Assembly: GCA_964592075.1 (NCBI GenBank)
Contig: CAZQDY010000003.1
Coordinates: 43,252 to 107,251, forward strand
Source: an uncultured Gaiellales bacterium
GTDB taxonomy: Bacteria > Actinomycetota > Thermoleophilia > RBG-16-64-13
Length of the DNA: 64,000 nt
Direction: 5' to 3'
Shown: positions 1 through 9,637 of the stretch, in pieces
How the letters are laid out: every line of letters begins with the position of its first letter
How positions within the stretch are numbered: the first letter of the stretch is position 1
Program-made: the position numbers and the translations under genes
Notes under the pieces: generated by a model
Told to the model about the DNA's origin: nothing
The model's database searches: none
Seen by the model: the letters and a program-made list of their open reading frames with translations, nothing else

Positions 1-201
1 CAGGCGGGCGGCCTGAAGCTGGCCGATATCGTCCGTCTCAACTACTACGTCACGGACGTCCCCGCTTTCTTGGAGGCCGTGCCCAAGGTGGGAGTACGCC
101 TGCAGGCGGCCGGGTGCAAACCGGCGTCCACGGTGCTATGCGTCCTGGGCCTGGCTCAGCCGGAATGCATGATCGGGTTGGAGGCAACGGCCTGCGCGTG
201 A
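1..201 (+). CDS. RidA/YjgF/L-PSP family endoribonuclease-like protein, C-terminal part (5' end outside window)
   Basis: Frame 1 is open from the window edge to TGA at 199-201. The translation ...LKLADIVRLNYYVTDVPAFLEAVPKV...PASTVLCVLGLAQPECMIGLEATACA matches the conserved C-terminal pattern of RidA-family proteins. Confidence 0.55.
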   Translation, partial: QAGGLKLADIVRLNYYVTDVPAFLEAVPKVGVRLQAAGCKPASTVLCVLGLAQPECMIGLEATACA

Positions 202-725
202 CCCGCGGGCTTACGGCACACGATCTGGGCCATGGCGCGTGGAGGGTCTTTCAGAAGGCCTTCGAACTGGTGGATGATCTCCCAGTCCTGGAACCAGCCG
301 GCCAGCTCGCCGGGCTGCAGCAGGAAGTCCGGGTTGTGAGGCCTGCCGTACTTGGGTTGCTCGACGGTGAATGTCTCGTAGATGACGATCCCCCCTTTTC
401 GAAGCGTTCTCCGCAGATGGGGGATGAGCGGCCGGTGAAGGTAGCGGAAGACTAGGACGGCCCGGTAGTACTCCTCCGGGAGTGGGTTCGCGCCGGTCTC
501 CAGATCGACTTCCCAGAACTCGGCCGCGAGCCCGCGCCGCGCCGCCGACCTCCGAGCCTCTTCCAGCGCTTCGGCGGACCGATCCGCGAGGACGACCGGG
601 AGGCCCAGGCCGGCCAGGAAGAGCCCATTCTCGCCCGAGCCGCAGGCCAGATCCAGAACGGGACCCTCCAGGTCCGCATCCTCCAGGAGGGAGCTGAATC
701 TCAGCAGTACCGGGTTAGGAGCCAT
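156..725 (-). CDS. Class I SAM-dependent methyltransferase (TehB-like)
   Basis: Motif I is LDLACGSGENGLFLAGLG, followed by an acidic residue after beta-2 (VVLADRSAE) and GGIVIYETF (motif III-like). I placed the start at MAPNPV (ATG 723-725) rather than the upstream extension. The 3' end overlaps the RidA gene by 46 nt. Confidence 0.7.
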   Translation of the reverse strand: MAPNPVLLRFSSLLEDADLEGPVLDLACGSGENGLFLAGLGLPVVLADRSAEALEEARRSAARRGLAAEFWEVDLETGANPLPEEYYRAVLVFRYLHRPLIPHLRRTLRKGGIVIYETFTVEQPKYGRPHNPDFLLQPGELAGWFQDWEIIHQFEGLLKDPPRAMAQIVCRKPAGHAQAVASNPIMHSG

Positions 726-859
726 CGAACACCTCCCACACTCGGCCGTCACAGCCACGCCTGCCTTGAGGGCCAAGCGGACGGGCACGCTAAAATGGTA
801 TGAAAGCATGTCTTGCCCGCAGGCTCCAGGTTCGCGGTATGACCCGTTCGGAGGATTAG

Positions 860-1219
860 ATGGCGATGCGACTGACAGATGGGATACTGGGGGACATTCC
901 CATGATCGTGACGGCCGGGACCATAGACCACGGCACATGCGGTGATCTACAGGCCGCGCTGCGCAGGTGGACGGAGGCCCGCCACAACATCGTCTTCCTG
1001 GACCTCACGGACGTCATTCAGATGGACGATGCCGCCCTCTCGGTGCTCGTGGATTGGGTGCAGGCGCTGCGCGGGCGAGGATGGCTGGGCGTGATCGGTG
1101 CGGCCGACGGCGTCCGCCGCTTGTTGGAGGACGCGGGTCTGCTCGCTCATCCGAACGTGCGCACCTTCGAGACCCGGCAGGCCGCCCGCGTCGCGACAGG
1201 CGAGCGGCAGAGCACCTAA
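860..1219 (+). CDS. STAS-domain anti-sigma-factor antagonist (SpoIIAA-like)
   Basis: 119 aa with the STAS pattern: FLDLTDVIQMDDAALSVLVDWVQALRGRGWLGVIGAADGVRRLLEDAGL, and a phospho-acceptor-like position in DLTDV. Confidence 0.7.
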   Translation: MAMRLTDGILGDIPMIVTAGTIDHGTCGDLQAALRRWTEARHNIVFLDLTDVIQMDDAALSVLVDWVQALRGRGWLGVIGAADGVRRLLEDAGLLAHPNVRTFETRQAARVATGERQST

Positions 1220-1231
1220 GGGACGCGCTCC

Positions 1232-1654
1232 ATGGCTGAGAAGAAGCACGAGACACACGCGAAGACAGAATTGCCGTTTGCGCGTCCGGCCTTAGCCATC
1301 GCCATGGTTACGTGGCTGGTCCTCATCCCGGCCCTATCGGGGGGTTGCGCCAAGCTTGGCCCTCCGAGTGGTGAACCATCCATCCGCGGGCCCATCACAC
1401 ATATCACACCGGGTTCAGACGGGCTCGGGACCATCCTCGTCGAGGAGTCATCGCCCCAAGGGCTCGACCACGACAAGGCGTCCCTAAGGGTCGGCGAGCA
1501 CACGAAGCTCCTGAAACGTGGGGATGCCGGCTACGTCGAGATCACTTTCGATGACATGACGACCGGCATGCTCGTCGAGGCCTGGATCACGGGACCGGTC
1601 GCGGAATCCTATCCCGTCCAAGCAGCCGCGGGCGCTGTGGTGCAACTGGAGTGA
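1232..1654 (+). CDS. Hypothetical lipoprotein
   Basis: N-terminal hydrophobic signal with a lipobox-like LSGGC. It lies 13 nt downstream of the STAS gene. No recognisable domain. Confidence 0.45.
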   Translation: MAEKKHETHAKTELPFARPALAIAMVTWLVLIPALSGGCAKLGPPSGEPSIRGPITHITPGSDGLGTILVEESSPQGLDHDKASLRVGEHTKLLKRGDAGYVEITFDDMTTGMLVEAWITGPVAESYPVQAAAGAVVQLE

Positions 1655-2365
1655 TCACCTTGGCACCGGATCCCTCTCTCCGATCCGGCCCCGACGAGGC
1701 CCGCGCCTTGCTCCAACAACGCTGAGCGTTATCCCTGTGGCCAGGAGCACCACTCCCCCCGCGATCAACCCGATGATCAAGGGCTCGATGATGCCGAATC
1801 GCGCGCTGAGTTCCATGTCGACCGCGACCGGCGCGCTCGCATCGCCGTTCATGATCAGCAGCGCCCAGTCGCCCTCCTGCAACTCCCACTCCAGCGTCTG
1901 ACTTCCGATCCCGGTGACCTCGGCCACCCAGATGTCCTGTCTCGACGGAGGACCGGGGAGTGTCGTTCCGTCCACGTGGTCGTATTCCACCGAGCCGGCC
2001 CGCAGATCGATGCTCGTGACACGATCTCGGGCGGCGCCGGAGACGTACTTGGAAACCTGCGCGGTGGAGCCGACGCCGATGAACACCGGGATGGGCAGTC
2101 TGGAGGAGCCGGTCACGCGTATAGTGGTCTGGGCATGAGTCAGACCCCACCTCTGCCATCGCCCGGCGAGTTGTCCATTGATGTCGGGAGCGGTCAGGGC
2201 GAAACCGTTACTGCCTACGGTCTGCGTGGACGTGCTGAAGAACCCGGAGGGATCACTGTATAGTCGATCGACCACGAGAACGAAGATGCCGGCTGCCACG
2301 GACAGGGCCCCCATGAGGGTCAGCAGGACTCCGAGGATCACTGAGACGACTTTGAGCAGGCGCAT
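1655..2365 (-). CDS. Hypothetical bitopic membrane protein (N- and C-terminal TM helices)
   Basis: Starts at MRLLKVVSVILGVLLTLMGALSVAAGIFVLVV (ATG about 2363-2365) and has a C-terminal TM IIEPLIIGLIAGGVVLLATGITL. The longer upstream ORF extension (to 2836) is Arg/Ser-rich and non-coding-like. Confidence 0.45.
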   Translation of the reverse strand: MRLLKVVSVILGVLLTLMGALSVAAGIFVLVVDRLYSDPSGFFSTSTQTVGSNGFALTAPDINGQLAGRWQRWGLTHAQTTIRVTGSSRLPIPVFIGVGSTAQVSKYVSGAARDRVTSIDLRAGSVEYDHVDGTTLPGPPSRQDIWVAEVTGIGSQTLEWELQEGDWALLIMNGDASAPVAVDMELSARFGIIEPLIIGLIAGGVVLLATGITLSVVGARRGPRRGRIGERDPVPR

Positions 2366-2510
2366 CGACCCAAGTTTACACGAGGTGCTCCGCTCCTCAT
2401 CTCGAGCCGGATGGCGTTCATAGCTTGAGGCCAACCACGCGCTCGCCACCGAGGCTCGAGTCGCGATCCTCAAGAAGCGTCTGAGCCCGCCTCCGCTTAC
2501 GCTCAAGGAG

Positions 2511-2918
2511 GTGCAGGAGGAGGCGCTCTCCTCCGGGTGGATCGACACCACGGGCCGCCGCCTCGACGACTCCACTTTCATGTTGCGGCTCACTCCGCGC
2601 CGGCCGAACAGTGAATGGTCGATGACGAACGCGCGGCGGGTCGAAAGACAGGCGGCGCAGCGCCTGATGACGGAAGCAGGCTGGAGAAGCGTCGAAGAGG
2701 CTAAGCGCAACAGCCAATGGAATCTCGTGATGCCGGTGGAAGAGGTCGATCTGATCCCGCCGGTGCTTGACGATGCTCTGCGCGCCACGCCCGGTGGCCG
2801 GGAGAGATACCCGGCCCTCCCCCGCACACGCCGCAAGCAGATGCTGCGCTCGGTCTTGAGCGCGAAGACCGAGACGACCCGGCAGGGCCCGTGCGGGCCC
2901 TGCCGGGTCGCCTCTTGA
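2511..2918 (+). CDS. YdeI/OmpD-associated (OmdA-like) family protein
   Basis: The C-terminal motif LDDALRATPGGRERYPALPRTRRKQMLRSVLSAKTETTRQ is typical of the YdeI/OmdA family. GTG start; an in-frame stop at 2421 limits any extension. Confidence 0.45.
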   Translation: MQEEALSSGWIDTTGRRLDDSTFMLRLTPRRPNSEWSMTNARRVERQAAQRLMTEAGWRSVEEAKRNSQWNLVMPVEEVDLIPPVLDDALRATPGGRERYPALPRTRRKQMLRSVLSAKTETTRQGPCGPCRVAS

Positions 2919-2964
2919 GTCCTCGGCCATCGCGGCCCTCAACGCGGCAACCGTGTGCCCTGTG

Positions 2965-3744
2965 TCAGCGGCTCATCCTGTAGGTGACGGTGACGTTCGC
3001 GCTCACGTCCAGACTCTGCGGGGTGATCGGCGGCGGAGTAACGGCCCCCGCGCCGGCCGTGGACTCTTGCCTGTCCCATACCGGGTAGACCTGCGAGGAC
3101 GAGCTCTGGTTGATGATCAGCGCTTCCCCCAGCTTCACGCCCTGGTCGGCGGCGATGGCCTGGGCCGTGCTCTTGGCGTTGGCAAGCGCCCGCGAGAGCG
3201 CCGCGGCGACGGCCGGGCTGTTGTCGGAGAGCTCCCAGCTAGGGCCGTACACGTTGTCGGCGCCGGCCTCGACCACGGCCGCGTAGATCTTGCCGATGAG
3301 GGCAAGATCGGTAAAGGTCACCGTGACCGTGTTCTCGGCACGGTATCCGGTCGGCGTCTGCGGAACCGTCCTGCTCTCAGGAGAATAGTTGGGGTAGACG
3401 ACGACGTTGGCGGTCGCGATATCCTTGCCGGCGACGCCCTCACTCTTCAAGCGGTCCAGGACCTTCTGCGTGTCCTTGGAGTTGGCGTCGAGCGCCTCCG
3501 CCGCGGTGGTCGCGTCGTTCTGCACGCTCACCCGGATGGTCGCCTTGTCGGGCATCGCGCTCGTCTGGCCGAAGCCCGAGACGACGATGGTGTTGACGAG
3601 CGAGCCCGAAGCGCCGGCCGGATCGGTCTCCGCCTTCACGGTCGACTCGCCACCGGCGACGAATACCCAGACCAGCGCCAGGGCGACCACCAGAGCGACA
3701 GCCGGCAGGACCAGTCTCTTGTCGAACAGATGATTGGTGCTCAT
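2965..3744 (-). CDS. SIMPL-domain protein (DUF541; BP26/OMP28-like periplasmic protein)
   Basis: Signal/TM LVLPAVALVVALALVWVFVA, then the SIMPL pattern (ATIRVSVQ...AEALDANSKDTQKVLDRLKSEGVAGKDIATANVVVYP...TGYRAENTVTVTF). Confidence 0.7.
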   Translation of the reverse strand: MSTNHLFDKRLVLPAVALVVALALVWVFVAGGESTVKAETDPAGASGSLVNTIVVSGFGQTSAMPDKATIRVSVQNDATTAAEALDANSKDTQKVLDRLKSEGVAGKDIATANVVVYPNYSPESRTVPQTPTGYRAENTVTVTFTDLALIGKIYAAVVEAGADNVYGPSWELSDNSPAVAAALSRALANAKSTAQAIAADQGVKLGEALIINQSSSSQVYPVWDRQESTAGAGAVTPPPITPQSLDVSANVTVTYRMSR

Positions 3745-3895
3745 TGTTCCTCCCCCGATGATTCATCATGTGGACGCGGCTGAGACGCCGCCCCACGGAC
3801 AACGGTTCCATTAGCCCGTGTACGGGTTACACTCTAACCAGCAAGGCCCCGGTCGTGTTGGCGGCAACGGTATCCGGGCTGTACAAGGGGGCGTG

Positions 3896-4369
3896 ATGAG
3901 AGAAGAAGAGGTCGAGTGGGTTAGAGACGCCTTTGCCGGCGGCAGAGTGAAGATACTGCGCCTCGTGACGGATCACTCGGTACACGATTGTGGCAAAGCC
4001 GCGGGCATCACCGGCGGGGCTTGGTGGAGACTCGAGAGCGGCGAGTCGATCACGCCCTACCGGGCCGAGACCGTCTATCCCGTATTGCGCAGACTGCAGA
4101 ACGGCGAGCGCCTCGACGAGGAGGCCGCCGCCGAGGCGGTGGGCGCCGAAGCGGTGACGGAGGACGAGGCCACGAAGCAGACGCGCCATGAGGTCGCTCT
4201 GTTGATCGCGGCCGACAGCCTCATGAGCCTCAGCCCGGCCGAGCTGGTCAAGGCTGCACCGTCCTGGAACTCGGCTATGGTCCGCGAAACGCGCAACGTC
4301 GCGCGGCGCGTCCTGCGCCGCCGCATCCTCGACCTCGGCGGCGAACCTCCGGCGGAGGAGTCGCGATGA
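3896..4369 (+). CDS. Hypothetical protein (translationally coupled to downstream ankyrin gene)
   Basis: Open frame 3818-4369; I placed the start at MREEEVEW (ATG 3896). The stop overlaps the next start (ATGA at 4366-4369). No known domain recognised. Confidence 0.4.
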   Translation: MREEEVEWVRDAFAGGRVKILRLVTDHSVHDCGKAAGITGGAWWRLESGESITPYRAETVYPVLRRLQNGERLDEEAAAEAVGAEAVTEDEATKQTRHEVALLIAADSLMSLSPAELVKAAPSWNSAMVRETRNVARRVLRRRILDLGGEPPAEESR

Positions 4370-5409
4370 CCAAGGAGACATACGAGAATCTGCGCAAACG
4401 CGCTTTGGCTCGCCGCTCGGCCGACCTGGGACTCAGCCGCATCCCCGGGCGTCCGGTCTGGGGTGTCATCATGGAGATAGGCGCGAAGGACGGCGTGACC
4501 AGCGTGGTAGCGACCGATGACGGCGTCCTGAGCCTGCTCACGAGCGCCGGCGGCGCCATCCACCTCACCAAGGACGACTGGCCCTGCAGCGCCGGCACAA
4601 GGCTCATCGGCGCCGCGGGCGACTACCTGTTCCAGTGTTCACCGGCCTGGGCATACCCACTCCCGGAGAACGGCATGACCAGGTTCTATCTCCTCACGTT
4701 CGACGGAGTCATGACGGCGGAGGCGCCGCTGGCGGAGCTGGCATCCGGCAGGAGCCCCTTCTCCAACCTGTACTACGACGGCCACGATGCGTGCTTCCTC
4801 GCGCGACTGGTGACTGAGAACCCTGACTGGAGGTCGCACAGACCGGCGACCGGCGCCGGGTTGGCGCCGGAAGGTCAAGCGGCGGCGAAGCCGCCGGCTG
4901 ACGAGACTGAGGATGCCGAGGCTCCACCCGCCGAACCTCCCGGGAGCGACCTGCTCCTGCGTGCGGCTGCCGACGACAACGTCGACGAGGTGGCAACGCT
5001 GCTTGCGCAAGGGCACAGCTTCGGCCCCAACCCCAAGGGGATCACGCCTCTGATGGCGGCCGCGCACGCCGGAGCGCTGGAGCCTCTACGCCTGCTGCTG
5101 GCGGCGCAAGCACCGGTTGACCTACGGGATATCCAGGGCTATACGGCCCTGATGCTGGCCTGCAACGCGGGCCACGATGTGTGTGCGCGCCTACTGCTCG
5201 GTGCCGGAGCCGATATCCAGGCAGGCGACCATGAGGGCTTCACAGCCATCATGTTCGCCGCCAAGAACGGTCATAACAGGGTCGTGCGGCTGCTCATGGA
5301 GCGCGGCGCCGATCCCACGGCGACCACCGATGCCGGCCTCTCCGCCATCAGCCTGGCCACCCAGAAGGGACATACCCAGACGGTGTCGATCCTTCTGGGT
5401 AAGAGTTGA
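4366..5409 (+). CDS. Ankyrin-repeat protein with ~190-aa N-terminal domain of unknown function
   Basis: C-terminal region has four ANK repeats (GITPLMAAAHAGALEPLRLLLAAQAPVDLRDIQGYTALMLACNAGHDVCARLLLGAGADIQAGDHEGFTAIMFAAKNGHNRVVRLLMERGADP...). Confidence 0.7.
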   Translation: MTKETYENLRKRALARRSADLGLSRIPGRPVWGVIMEIGAKDGVTSVVATDDGVLSLLTSAGGAIHLTKDDWPCSAGTRLIGAAGDYLFQCSPAWAYPLPENGMTRFYLLTFDGVMTAEAPLAELASGRSPFSNLYYDGHDACFLARLVTENPDWRSHRPATGAGLAPEGQAAAKPPADETEDAEAPPAEPPGSDLLLRAAADDNVDEVATLLAQGHSFGPNPKGITPLMAAAHAGALEPLRLLLAAQAPVDLRDIQGYTALMLACNAGHDVCARLLLGAGADIQAGDHEGFTAIMFAAKNGHNRVVRLLMERGADPTATTDAGLSAISLATQKGHTQTVSILLGKS

Positions 5410-5419
5410 GCGCCCTGCT

Positions 5420-5704
5420 CTAGGCCTCGATCTCCAGCACGTCCTCCACCACGTTCACGATGGACCAGATGCCTGAGGTTGCCCATTCCATGGCTTCGTG
5501 GGTCTCCAGCCCGCTCGCGAACTTCCGCGCTCCGTCCAGGTCGCTCCACTCGAAGACCACGTACACCAGCGAGGGGTCGTCGGGACTGCGGAAGACCTTG
5601 CCGCCCTTGGAGCCGAGTGTCCGCCGCCGCGCCATATCCGACCGGAAGATGTTCTCGAACTCCGACCAATCGCCGATCTTGTGTTCCACAAAGACGTACG
5701 CCAT
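5420..5704 (-). CDS. Small dimeric alpha/beta-barrel-like protein (ABM/Dabb-like), hypothetical
   Basis: 94 aa from MAYVFVEHKIGDWSEFENIF... to ...VYVVFEWSDLDGARKF, a ferredoxin-like fold pattern. Start ATG at 5702-5704. Confidence 0.4.
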   Translation of the reverse strand: MAYVFVEHKIGDWSEFENIFRSDMARRRTLGSKGGKVFRSPDDPSLVYVVFEWSDLDGARKFASGLETHEAMEWATSGIWSIVNVVEDVLEIEA

Positions 5705-5794
5705 GTCTCGGTCCTTTCTGAGGCATCTACCCACGGGGCCAGCATCCAGCATACCTCCCTGACGACCGGAGGTGGCAGGAGAAGGAGCGCCGGG

Positions 5795-6679
5795 TCACCG
5801 CTCCTTGCGTCCCAGAAAGGGGACCAAGACCGGGGTCCGCCGCTTGTAGGCCTCGTACGGCTCTTGCCCACCCCACGTCGCGTCGGCCTTCTTCTCGAGA
5901 AGCGGCACGCCGCTTACACGGGTGATTAGCAGGTAGACGAAGACCGGCGAGATAAGGGTGGCGCACTGCCAGCCTCGCAGCACCGGCAGGGCGATGAGCG
6001 CAATCCCCACCCACAGGGTGATCTCGCCGAAGTAGTTCGGATGCCGGGAGATCGACCAGAGGCCTGAGGTGATGAACGAGCCCTTGTTGGCGGGGTCTGC
6101 GCGGAAGCGGCTCTTCTGATAGTCGGCGGTGGCCTCGAACGCGAAGCCGATGACCCACACGGCCAGGCCCACGAACGCGAAGACGTCAAGCGCCTTGAGT
6201 TCGGTCGACGTCACCGCGGCCAACGCGGCCGCGAGCGTCAGGCTCACCCATAGCCCCTGGAGCGTCCAGGTCATGAGCAGCCGGGTAAACGAACGCTTGA
6301 TCTCGTCGAAGCGGTCATCTCTGCCGGCCCTGCGCACCCGGCGGAAGAGGAACGGCCCCAAGCGTGCCGCCCACACGAGCACGAGCACGAGCAACATGAT
6401 CGAGCGGGCGTCGGTGGCCCCGCTCAAGACGACCGCGATCACGATGGCGGAGATGTACGTGAAGCTGCCCGTGAGGTCGTAGTAGCGCTCCGTCCGCCCC
6501 AGATAGGACGGCACGAACGACAGCCACTGCACGGCAAAGATGTAGCAGACGACGAGTGCGAAGACCGGCATGCTCCCCACGGTGACCCCGCCTTGAGAGC
6601 CCGCCCAGGCAAAGAAGGCCCCGACCCCCACGACCCCGAGCGAAGCAACGATCGACGAGACTGCCTTCTTGTCGGCCAT
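5795..6679 (-). CDS. DUF1295 family membrane protein (steroid 5-alpha-reductase / ICMT-like fold)
   Basis: Multi-TM protein with the C-terminal signature SGLWSISRHPNYFGEITLWVGIALIALP, which is diagnostic of the DUF1295/ICMT/5-alpha-reductase superfamily. Confidence 0.7.
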   Translation of the reverse strand: MADKKAVSSIVASLGVVGVGAFFAWAGSQGGVTVGSMPVFALVVCYIFAVQWLSFVPSYLGRTERYYDLTGSFTYISAIVIAVVLSGATDARSIMLLVLVLVWAARLGPFLFRRVRRAGRDDRFDEIKRSFTRLLMTWTLQGLWVSLTLAAALAAVTSTELKALDVFAFVGLAVWVIGFAFEATADYQKSRFRADPANKGSFITSGLWSISRHPNYFGEITLWVGIALIALPVLRGWQCATLISPVFVYLLITRVSGVPLLEKKADATWGGQEPYEAYKRRTPVLVPFLGRKER

Positions 6680-6830
6680 CTGACGCTCCTAACGAACGGC
6701 GCGGCATCCGTCAACGCACGGATTATGGTAACAGCCCGCGCCCGCTACGGGCCCGGCGCTCCTCTATCCGGCCGTGCTCCGGGGGCTCTCGAGGCCGTGG
6801 GCCCGGGCGCGGTGATAGGATGAGGCCCAT

Positions 6831-8174
6831 ATGGCAAAGCCCGTCAGTCCCCTTGTAAACAACATCGTACTGGTCGCAGGCTTCGGGGCGCTGATCGGGG
6901 CCGCGTGGATGGGCTATTCCGCGTTGGTCGTCCTCCTGGGCCTGGCCTTGGCCACCGGTCTCGTGACCAAGCTGTGGAGCCGTCTCTGTCTGAAGGGCGT
7001 GGCCTGCGAGCGCAGGCTGAGCGAGCGCCGGGTGTTCCCCGACGACGAGGTGCTGCTCACCCTGCGCGTCGTCAATCGCAAGGTCCTGCCCCTCCCCTGG
7101 ATCGAGGTCCGGGACGAGATGCCCGCCTCCTTGGCGTCCACCGCGACCACGCAGGCCGGCTTACCTGGGGGCCCAACTCCCCAAACCAGGCCGGATCCGC
7201 CCGCCGAGGCCGCCGAGCGGCCGGGTTTCGTGACTCTGTCGCGCTCCACTCCTCTGCTCTGGTACTCGGCCGCCACCTTCACGCAGCGACTGGTTTCTTC
7301 CGCCCGCGGCTACTATCCCCTGGGCCCTCTCTCCGTGACATCCGGCGACATCTTCGGACTTCACCCGCGCAGCCGCGTGCAGGGCGATCTCGACCACCTC
7401 ATCGTGTATCCCCGCACCTACCCCCTCGCGGAATTCGGGATCGCGTCGCTCTCCCATCTTGGTGACACCAGGTCGGAACTGCATGTGTTTGACGACCCGT
7501 CGCGCCTCAAGGGGGTGCGAGAGTATCTTCCCGGTGACAGTCTGCGCCGCATCCACTGGAAGGCCAGCGCCCGCAGCCGGGCGCTCCAAGTGAAGCTCTT
7601 CGAGCCGACCACCGACCTAAAGGTGGCGGTGTTCCTGGCCACGGACACCTTCGAGGAGCTGCCCGAGGACGACCTCGAACTCGGCATCAGCGCGGCGGCT
7701 TCGGTGGCCCGGCACCTCCTCGAGAGAGACGTGCAGACCGGGCTCTTCGCCAACACCAAGCTGGCAGACACGGGCCGGCCGGCGCGCATCGCGCCTGCCG
7801 GCGGCACCCTCCAACTGGCCGACATCCTGGAGGCGCTCGCGAAGGCTACCGCGGAGGCGGATGGACCCTTCATCGACTTCTTCGACCGTGAGCGCAGCGA
7901 GCTGGGGTTCGGCGGCGCCCTGGTCTTCGTGGTGGGCCGGGTTTCCCCCGAGCTCGGGCTGCTGTTGACCGATCTCACGCGGGCCGGGAGACGCGTGCTG
8001 GGTTTCCATGTCGGCCCGCGCGGTCAGGACTCCTGCGCGGCCGGTCTGCAGTGGCATCAGGTGCGCCATCCTGGCCCGTGCTCCGATGAGGAAGTGGACG
8101 CGGGGGCGGCGGCGCAGGTCGGGGTGGCCGGGACGGTCGAGGAAGCGCCCTCCGATGACGCCGCGGTGGCCTGA
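6831..8174 (+). CDS. DUF58 domain protein (vWA-like partner of MoxR ATPases)
   Basis: Two N-terminal TM helices, then the DUF58 core VREYLPGDSLRRIHWKASARSRALQVKLFEPTTDLKVAVFL. It is adjacent to a MoxR gene. Confidence 0.75.
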   Translation: MAKPVSPLVNNIVLVAGFGALIGAAWMGYSALVVLLGLALATGLVTKLWSRLCLKGVACERRLSERRVFPDDEVLLTLRVVNRKVLPLPWIEVRDEMPASLASTATTQAGLPGGPTPQTRPDPPAEAAERPGFVTLSRSTPLLWYSAATFTQRLVSSARGYYPLGPLSVTSGDIFGLHPRSRVQGDLDHLIVYPRTYPLAEFGIASLSHLGDTRSELHVFDDPSRLKGVREYLPGDSLRRIHWKASARSRALQVKLFEPTTDLKVAVFLATDTFEELPEDDLELGISAAASVARHLLERDVQTGLFANTKLADTGRPARIAPAGGTLQLADILEALAKATAEADGPFIDFFDRERSELGFGGALVFVVGRVSPELGLLLTDLTRAGRRVLGFHVGPRGQDSCAAGLQWHQVRHPGPCSDEEVDAGAAAQVGVAGTVEEAPSDDAAVA

Positions 8175-9637
8175 TGATCCAAGCAGCCGCCCAGACACGG
8201 GGACGGACCCTTATCGCAACCGCCGCTGTGGCCGGGCTGGAGCTTGCCTGGCTCTGTACGTTGCTGCACACCGCGGCCCGCGGGATGCGCCTCGAGGTCC
8301 CTGTGTCTTCACTGCTCGTTATGTACGCCGCCTCCTTCGTGGTGGGCCTCGGACTGCGTGCGGCATTCCGCTCCTCTCGCGTCGCGACACTGGTCTCCTG
8401 GCTTGTCTGGCCGCTCGCGACCCTCGTGCTGCTCTTGGTCCTCTTCTATCCGGCCGCCGGCCCCGCGGATGCGTCTTGGACCTCGATGACCGTCGAGGCC
8501 CTTAAAGGCATACCCGTCGAGGCCGGGGCGGCCGTGTTCACAGTCCCGGTGACCGGCCTCCTCTGGTGGCTCGGAGCCCGGCTCGCGAACAGCCGCATGA
8601 CCTACGAGACGGTGGTCACGGAGTTCCAGCTCGGTCTCGCGGTACTGGCCGGTTCGGTCTTCATCGGCTACTTGGTCGGAGTCGACCAGTCGGCCGCCGT
8701 CCTCACCGCCATCCTCTTCGTGGGTCTGGGCCTCGTCGGATCCGCCGCCACTCGCACCGACGACGGAAACACTCTCAGGTTCTTCCGTCAGGGCGGTGCC
8801 TGGTGGGGGATGCTCCTCGTCAGCGTGGGTCTGGTACTCCTGCTCGGACTCGTCGTCGGAATACTCTTCACCCCGGAGGCGATGCAGTTCATCGCCCGAG
8901 GCATCCGCGCCCTGTGGGGACTCATCGAGCGAGTGCTTGACGCCACAGCCGGTCTCTTCTCGTCCTCCCCGGCCGAGATGGAGATCCCGCCCGCCCCGGA
9001 GATGCTGCCGCCGCAGGACGAGGGTCAGGGCTTCTCCTGGGGGCTTCCGGAAGGATGGCTGCGCCCCTCACGCATCGTCTACGGCGTTCTCGTCGGTGGT
9101 CTGCTTCTCGTGGTCATCTGGCGCGTGGTGTCCCAACTGTTCGACTGGGTGCGCCGGAGAGCGGGGCACGGAGGAGTGGAGGTGGAGTCGCTGCCGGGGG
9201 CGTTCCGGCTCGACCTCGCCAGGTTGCTTCACCAGATACTCACCTGGGTGGGCGGCCTGTTCGCGTTCGGCCGACTCAGCCGAAGGGGGCGCGGGGGGCC
9301 TCCGTGCGCGACGGCTGTGCGCCGTGTGTACGCCGACATGCTACGCTGGGGAGCGGAGTCGGGGTTCCCCCGCGGATCGTCTCAGACTCCCTTCGAGTAC
9401 CAGCAGACGCTCTGCATGGCGCTCCCCGTCCATCGGACCGACGTGACCCTCATCACCGCGAGCTACGTGAGAGTGAAGTACGGAGCGCTGTCGCCGACGG
9501 AGGGGGAGCTTCACGAGTTGACGGAGTGCCGGCGCAGACTCAAGCACAAAGCGGCCCGTGGGGTCGACGGAAGGCCGGCGGGCCGCTCGGCGGCGAGGCC
9601 GGAGGATCATGGAGACGCAGATCAACAGAGTGACTGA
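8174..9637 (+). CDS. Polytopic membrane protein with C-terminal DUF4129-like domain (transglutaminase-associated family of MoxR operons)
   Basis: Multiple TM helices, then the C-terminal pattern AVRRVYADMLRWGAESGFPRGSSQTPFEYQQTL...ITASYVRVKYGALSPTEGEL resembling DUF4129. Start overlaps the DUF58 stop. Confidence 0.5.
   Translation: MIQAAAQTRGRTLIATAAVAGLELAWLCTLLHTAARGMRLEVPVSSLLVMYAASFVVGLGLRAAFRSSRVATLVSWLVWPLATLVLLLVLFYPAAGPADASWTSMTVEALKGIPVEAGAAVFTVPVTGLLWWLGARLANSRMTYETVVTEFQLGLAVLAGSVFIGYLVGVDQSAAVLTAILFVGLGLVGSAATRTDDGNTLRFFRQGGAWWGMLLVSVGLVLLLGLVVGILFTPEAMQFIARGIRALWGLIERVLDATAGLFSSSPAEMEIPPAPEMLPPQDEGQGFSWGLPEGWLRPSRIVYGVLVGGLLLVVIWRVVSQLFDWVRRRAGHGGVEVESLPGAFRLDLARLLHQILTWVGGLFAFGRLSRRGRGGPPCATAVRRVYADMLRWGAESGFPRGSSQTPFEYQQTLCMALPVHRTDVTLITASYVRVKYGALSPTEGELHELTECRRRLKHKAARGVDGRPAGRSAARPEDHGDADQQSD

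Noticed and set aside
1655-2836. 393-aa version of the membrane protein including a 157-aa N-terminal extension
   Set aside because: The extension is Arg/Ser/Ala-rich with no start context. An internal ATG (MRLLKVVSV) gives a sensible signal/TM N-terminus.
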